From Prasinococcaceae sp. CCMP 1430 (Eukaryota > Plantae > Prasinodermophyta), in NCBI GenBank assembly GCA_013416795.1, contig RQSC01000034.1, forward strand, positions 19,444 through 24,541: a stretch of 5,098 nucleotides of DNA, in the 5' to 3' direction. The notes beneath the pieces were generated by a model. The model saw only the letters and a list, made by a program, of their open reading frames with translations. It was not told where the DNA came from and made no database searches. Made by a program: the position numbers and the translations under genes. Below, one piece after another: positions 1-5,098 of the stretch (position 1 is the first letter of the stretch; each line of letters starts with the position of its first letter).

Positions 1-605
1 CGCCGCGCCGCCGCGGCGCTCGCCGGGGCCTCCGCCGCGGCCTCGCCGGCTAGGCTCTGCGTCCCAAGGGCGCGCCCCGCGGGCCTCTCTCGGCTCGGCA
101 GACCCCTCCGTGGGCGCCGAGGCGGGCGCGGAGGGAGTCGAGACCCCTCACCTGACCACCGGCCTGCCAACGACAGTTAGCAAGCGTCAGGCGACGCCCC
201 CGTCGGGCTGATATATTGTAGACCCTATACTCTACACACGATATAAACCTTAAATGTTCAAACCCAAACCACCCGGCGGGGGGCTGTCCGTGTTCGACCC
301 GTCTACGCCCCACATTTAGTCGCAAAGAGAGGTGAGGGTGGCGCGGAGATTTCGTCGGTCGCTCTTCCGCAAAAGTACATCAAAAGTCACTCACAATTAA
401 AACTTATGTGGTATTTAGTGGGACGTTTCCGTCGAATCCTCTGGGGTTGGGGATCGCCGCGCAGCTTCGCGGGGCGACGCGTGGCGCTCGGCCGGCGTCG
501 CCTTCATCGAATTCGTCGAAGCGTGCGCTGCGACGACACGCGTACCGACGGGAGACTCCTCGGAGCTGCGCTGCGCGGACGCCAGGCAGCGTCTGTGGGT
601 GGGCC

Positions 606-727
606 TGTGTGAGTCTGTGCGACTGTGTGACTGTCTGTGTGTGTGTGTGTGTGACCGCGTGTGTGTGTGTGAGTGTGTGTGCCTGTGTGTGTGTGTGCGG
701 TGTGTGTGTGTGCCTGCGTGTGTGTGT
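606..727. repeat. Degenerate (TG)n/(CA)n microsatellite
   Basis: About 120 bp of TG dinucleotide runs interrupted by short units (GAG, GCC, GAC, GCG). It produces the spurious VCVC/HTHT translations in the ORF track. Confidence 0.95.
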
Positions 728-897
728 CCCCTGTGCCTGTCTCTGCGCTCTGCTCTGCGCGCTGCTGCGCGTGCACGGCGAGAGCGGAGCGCGCACGCGA
801 ACGTGCGGCGGAAAAGCGCTTGCGCTTTTTCGCGGGGGGCCGTCGTCCCCAACCCGAACCCCGTCCCCCACGCCCCGCCGGAGGACGCCCCGGAGCT

Positions 898-1143
898 CGG
901 GCGCTCGCCCGACGGCCGATGGAAGATCTGGATCATTCTCCAGGATAAAATGCGCCGCCCCGCCCGCAAGGCGGCGCGGGATGTGACGGAGATATGCGGG
1001 GCACGAATCCGCCTGGGGGCCGGGCGCTCGCCCGACGGCCGATGGGAGGTCTGGATCATTCTCCGGGATAAAATGCGCCGCCCCGCCCGCAAGGCGGCGC
1101 GGGATGTGACGGAGCTATGCGGGGCGCGAATCCGCCTGGGGGG
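898..1143. repeat. Tandem direct repeat, 2 x 123 bp (898-1020, 1021-1143)
   Basis: Manual alignment gives 117/123 identity with no indels. Differences are at 923/1046 A>G, 926/1049 A>G, 942/1065 A>G, 992/1115 A>C, 1003/1126 A>G and 1020/1143 C>G. The first 6 bp of a third unit (CGGGCG, 1144-1149) follow, then T8 (1154-1161) and G10 (1162-1171). Confidence 0.97.
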
Positions 1144-1352
1144 CGGGCGGAGGTTTTTTTTGGGGGGGGGGAGTACCGGAGTGGGTGGAATGCGGTTCGA
1201 ATTGACGTGCCCGCGGCGAAGATTCTGGACCCTGAATGGTTCTGACCCCATACGCGGCGTGGCGGGGCGGGGCGTTTGCGCGCGCGGGGCCGATCTGCGG
1301 CGGATGCGTCGATCGATCGGCGCGCGCGAGCCACTCAGCGCACGCGGTACGT

Positions 1353-1390
1353 GCGCGCGCGCGCGCGCGCTCCCCCCACCCCCACCCCCC
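1353..1390. repeat. (GC)9 alternating tract followed by C6-A-C5-A-C6
   Basis: Read directly: GCGCGCGCGCGCGCGCGC at 1353-1370 and CCCCCCACCCCCACCCCCC at 1372-1390. Confidence 0.9.
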
Positions 1391-1391
1391 A

Positions 1392-1392
1392 N
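1392..1392. other. Single ambiguous base (N), possible assembly gap or join
   Basis: n at 1392 directly after a low-complexity C tract. Sequence to its left may not be truly adjacent to SAHH. Confidence 0.8.
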
Positions 1393-1458
1393 TGTGTAAC
1401 ATTTTTTCCTACAGAAGTCTGAGGCGGCTCGTCGCGCAGGGGTGCGGTCGGCGGTCGA

Positions 1459-1649
1459 ATGCCTAGCTGGTCGTCGTTACCAATGAACGGCGCGCCCCCG
1501 CCGGCGTGTGCGCTGGGGGCGGCCGTCGAGCGCGCGCTGGGCGGTGAATTCACCGCCGTCAAGCGCGCCTACCAACGCCTGTGGCCGCCTCGCGCGCCTA
1601 TCGTGCGCGCTCAGCCGACGAGCCACGCGCGGGCCAGGAGGACGCCCGC

Positions 1650-1653
<4 letters not shown>
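1459..1653 (+). CDS. Candidate upstream ORF (64 aa) or alternative N-terminal exon of SAHH
   Basis: ATG at 1459 (second in-frame ATG at 1483) and TGA at 1651-1653 overlapping the intron B donor. The core AVERALGGEFTAVKRAYQRLW uses mostly GC3 codons like those of SAHH (GTC GAG CGC ... TTC ACC GCC GTC AAG CGC GCC TAC). No recognisable homology. Confidence 0.35.
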
Positions 1654-3237
<1,584 letters not shown>

Positions 3238-3441
3238 ACGCCGAGGCGGAGACCCCGCCCGTCGGCGGTCTCTCCTCCCTGTCGTCCGCAAACGCGACAG
3301 CAGGCGACCGGTGCCGAGCGCGACGCTTTTGCACGCCGTCGCGCGAACCCCGATCGACCTCCTCGAAGAAGAGGAAGAAGAGGGGGAGTGGGGTGAGGGA
3401 GGAGGGCCGCTTCCCTTGTGTGCGAACACGAGCGGCGCGTG

Positions 3442-3491
3442 CCCTCTTTCTTTCTCTCTCCCTCCCTCCCTCTCTCTCTCTCTGTCTCTTC
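3442..3491. repeat. Polypyrimidine (CT/CCCT) tract downstream of SAHH
   Basis: 42 consecutive pyrimidines at 3442-3483, continuing to 3491 after one G. Confidence 0.9.
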
Positions 3492-3547
3492 GTGCTGGTG
3501 GTCGACCGGGGCGGTGCGCACCCCGTCTCGTACTCGTCTGTCTGTCC

Positions 3548-3548
<1 letters not shown>

Positions 3549-3588
<40 letters not shown>
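3549..3588. repeat. Poly(C) homopolymer, about 40 nt, between the convergent stop codons
   Basis: Read directly. The exact length may be affected by sequencing error. Confidence 0.9.
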
Positions 3589-3638
3589 TGATGCCCCTCG
3601 CGCCCCCCTAATTTTTTAACAAACAAACAATACAGAGA

Positions 3639-4526
3639 TCATCTTACGCCGTCCAGGGGCGTCAGCTCGAGCAGCGTGACGTCGCGCAGGCCGTGCCACG
3701 CGAGGCGCTCCGTCACGAGCTCGGTGGCGCGCAGGCCCTTGCTCGCGGCCGTGGCCTCGAGGAGGTCGAGGTGCGGGTCCCGGCCCCAGCCGCGCGCGCC
3801 GAAGCCGCGCCCGTTCAGCAGCGCCGACAGCGTGCGGTGCTGGTGGCCGAGCACGACCGTGCACTCGCCCCGCGCGGCGTCCGCTCGGCGGCCGAGGGCC
3901 AGCAGCGCGTTGATGGCGTCGCACAGCGGGCCGTGCGCGCCCACGCTGTAGGTGCAGTCGGACGCGATGATCAGGTCGAACGGCGCCGCGGCCGCCATCG
4001 CCGCCGGCGGCGGGCCGGCGCCCCACTTGTAGCCCACCACGTCTATCGTCGTCACGGAGGCGTCGATCGCCCCGCCGCGCACGTTGCGCGCCGCGTTGTC
4101 CCGCGCGAGGCGGAGCAGCGACGGCGCGTCGGTGGTGTCGCTGAGGCACACGCGCGCCGCGCCGAGCGCCGCCGCGCCCAGGCCCGCCTTCCCCGTCCCG
4201 CTGCCGAGCTCCACCACCGACGCGCCCTCCACCAGCGCGCGGTTGGCCGCGAGGTACGAGCACAGGACCCCGCTCGAGCTCCACACCCGCCCGCCCGTGC
4301 CGTAGCCCGCCGTCCAGCCGGGCGCCTCGATGCGCAGCTGCGGTGCGGATGACGGGGGTGGAGACTGGTGTGAAGAGGGGTTTCGTCGGGAAGAGGACGA
4401 CGACCGCGCGGGAGCGCGGCGAGGGAGGGGCGAGGAGCGTGGGGCGGAGGCGAGGGGAGGCAAGGGTCGGGAGGAGGGTGCCGTGCGGCGCGACGAAAGA
4501 CTGGCGGTGGGGGAGGGCGGGCGCAT
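3639..4526 (-). CDS. Seven-beta-strand SAM-dependent methyltransferase, METTL21/EEF2KMT-like (Methyltransf_16) family, probably a protein-lysine methyltransferase; 295 aa from ATG 4526, N-terminus uncertain
   Basis: Family signatures: GTGGRVW..S.VL..YL pre-motif, motif I VVELGSGTG, post-I VCLSD, motif II FDLIIASDCTY (DxxY). TGA at 3641-3639. The ATG at 4526 is the only minus-strand ATG I find between the catalytic core and the tRNA, and it is in frame. The specific orthologue cannot be assigned by eye. Confidence 0.88.
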   Translation of the reverse strand: MRPPSPTASLSSRRTAPSSRPLPPLASAPRSSPLPRRAPARSSSSSRRNPSSHQSPPPSSAPQLRIEAPGWTAGYGTGGRVWSSSGVLCSYLAANRALVEGASVVELGSGTGKAGLGAAALGAARVCLSDTTDAPSLLRLARDNAARNVRGGAIDASVTTIDVVGYKWGAGPPPAAMAAAAPFDLIIASDCTYSVGAHGPLCDAINALLALGRRADAARGECTVVLGHQHRTLSALLNGRGFGARGWGRDPHLDLLEATAASKGLRATELVTERLAWHGLRDVTLLELTPLDGVR

Positions 4527-4811
4527 GACGGAGGCAGCTGCCGTGCTCGTCGCCGCGGCGAGCGCGCGTAGGTGAGAGGACGGGCGTCGCTGTTGGGACT
4601 GCGCGGATCCGCCGCGGATCCGCCCCGGACGGAGATGCCGAGGACGACGCCCGCGCGGGGACGGAGCGGCGTCGGGTGGGCGGGGGGCGGCGGGGCTACG
4701 CCACCCCCAACACCGCCCCGACCCCACCCACCCACCCACCACGCGCGCGCGCGCGCAGTGGCGCGCCGCGCGTCGCGGGCGGCGGCAAGACGCCACCCAA
4801 CGCGCCTTCGT

Positions 4812-4819
4812 TTTATAAA
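4812..4819. promoter_or_regulatory. Palindromic TATA-like element TTTATAAA
   Basis: Lies 32-39 bp upstream of the tRNA start, the usual position of TATA elements for plant/algal Pol III tRNA genes. It is an AT island in GC-rich surroundings. Confidence 0.6.
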
Positions 4820-4850
4820 CCGATCTCGGCGGCTTCCGACTGCCGATCTT

Positions 4851-4923
4851 GACCTCGTGGCCCAATGGACAAGGCGCCGGTCTACGGAACCGGAGATTCA
4901 GGGTTCGAGTCCCTGCGAGGTCG
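4851..4923 (+). tRNA. trnR-ACG: tRNA-Arg (anticodon ACG, expected to be edited to ICG)
   Basis: 73-nt cloverleaf: acceptor GACCTCG/CGAGGTC, D arm GCC/GGC with GG and A20 (Arg identity element), anticodon stem CCGGT/ACCGG with loop CT-ACG-GA, T arm CAGGG-TTCGAGT-CCCTG, discriminator G, no encoded CCA. Confidence 0.97.
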
Positions 4924-4925
4924 GC

Positions 4926-4930
4926 TTTTT
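4926..4930 (+). terminator. Pol III oligo(dT) terminator of the tRNA gene
   Basis: T5 begins 3 nt after the discriminator. Further runs at 4957-4965 (T9), 5011-5016 and 5023-5028 could act as backups. Confidence 0.8.
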
Positions 4931-5098
4931 GCACATCAAAATGCGTGCTCTCCCTGTTTTTTTTTGTTAATTGCCCCCACCCCACGTCATTCAGAACGCA
5001 CTCCGCCCGCTTTTTTCCCCCCTTTTTTGTTCGCGCGCGGGCCGCGCGAAGCACTCCACACCCGCGGCGGGCCGCAGCGGCGCAGCGCGGGTCGCCCC

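Larger units (their letters stand above)
1347..1414 (+). other. Possible spliceosomal intron in the SAHH 5' leader (intron A), spanning the N at 1392
   Basis: G|GTACGT donor-like site at 1347; TGTAAC (1395-1400), T6 tract and CTACAG ending at 1414 resemble a 3' splice site. Contiguity is uncertain because of the N. Confidence 0.4.

Noticed and set aside
308-424. Plant snRNA USE-like motifs (CCCCACAT at 308; GTCCCAC on the minus strand at 424-418)
   Set aside because: No TATA at the expected spacing, and no recognisable U-snRNA, SRP, RNase P or MRP sequence or Sm site downstream.
404-986. ORFs with VCVC or HTHT repeats resembling Cys- or His-rich metal-binding proteins
   Set aside because: They are direct translations of the (TG)n/(CA)n microsatellite.
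898-1143. 123-bp repeats as a CRISPR array, 5S rRNA, U3 or snoRNA
   Set aside because: No unique spacers and a eukaryotic context; no 5S sequence similarity; GGATCATT is only a short U3 box A-like match; no C/D boxes or terminal ACA.
1174-1204. A-box-like TACCGGAGTGG and B-box-like GGTTCGAATT suggesting a tRNA or tRNA-derived SINE
   Set aside because: The boxes are only about 10 nt apart, the B-box lacks the closing C residues, and no cloverleaf can be formed.
599-1399. 266-aa ORF containing a protein-like 41-aa duplication (GRSPDGRWKIWIILQDK...)
   Set aside because: The 123-bp period is a multiple of 3, but 5 of 6 copy differences are non-synonymous, the codons (ATT, ATA, AAA, GAT, CGA) do not match the genome's coding bias, and the ORF starts in a microsatellite and runs through homopolymers.
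1421-1498. Resemblance to the bacterial SAH riboswitch (GGCTCGTC and AACGGCGC) upstream of SAHH
   Set aside because: The conserved GAGCGCUGC-type core and the pseudoknot order are missing, the matches are short and GC-rich, and this class is known from bacteria. Kept only as a generic alternative-structure hypothesis.
3589-3647. GTAAGA donor-like site at the methyltransferase C-terminus suggesting another exon
   Set aside because: The fold already appears complete with a final beta-strand (VTLLELTP), an in-frame TGA follows immediately, and the nearest acceptor leads into the G40 run.
5030-5050. TTCGCGCG-CGGGC-CGCGCGAA hairpin next to T-tracts as an intrinsic terminator
   Set aside because: The T-tracts precede the hairpin rather than follow it, the context is eukaryotic, and the stem is mostly self-complementary (CG)n.
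3639-5054. Full 471-aa ORF as the methyltransferase
   Set aside because: The upstream 176 codons start at a non-ATG codon, run antisense through the tRNA and low-complexity tracts, and look non-coding. The CDS is trimmed to ATG 4526.

Overview
GC-rich eukaryotic genomic DNA, most likely from a green-lineage alga. This is inferred from a plant/green-type SAHH sequence, extreme GC3 and spliceosomal intron signals. Three genes are firmly supported: an uninterrupted S-adenosyl-L-homocysteine hydrolase CDS (SAHH/AHCY, + strand, 1783-3237); a convergent METTL21/EEF2KMT-family (Methyltransf_16) SAM-dependent methyltransferase (- strand, 4526-3639); and an intact tRNA-Arg(ACG) (+ strand, 4851-4923) divergent from the methyltransferase. 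The left 1.4 kb appears non-coding. It holds AT-rich islands, a degenerate (TG)n microsatellite, three abutting hairpins and a 2 x 123-bp hairpin-rich tandem repeat, and ends at a single N (1392) that may be an assembly join. The most interesting signal is the SAHH leader: a coding-like upstream ORF stops at a TGA inside a well-formed intron donor, so splicing would fuse it in frame to SAHH. SAHH also has unusual replacements of two normally basic conserved residues. All structure calls are by eye, and regulatory interpretations are hypotheses.
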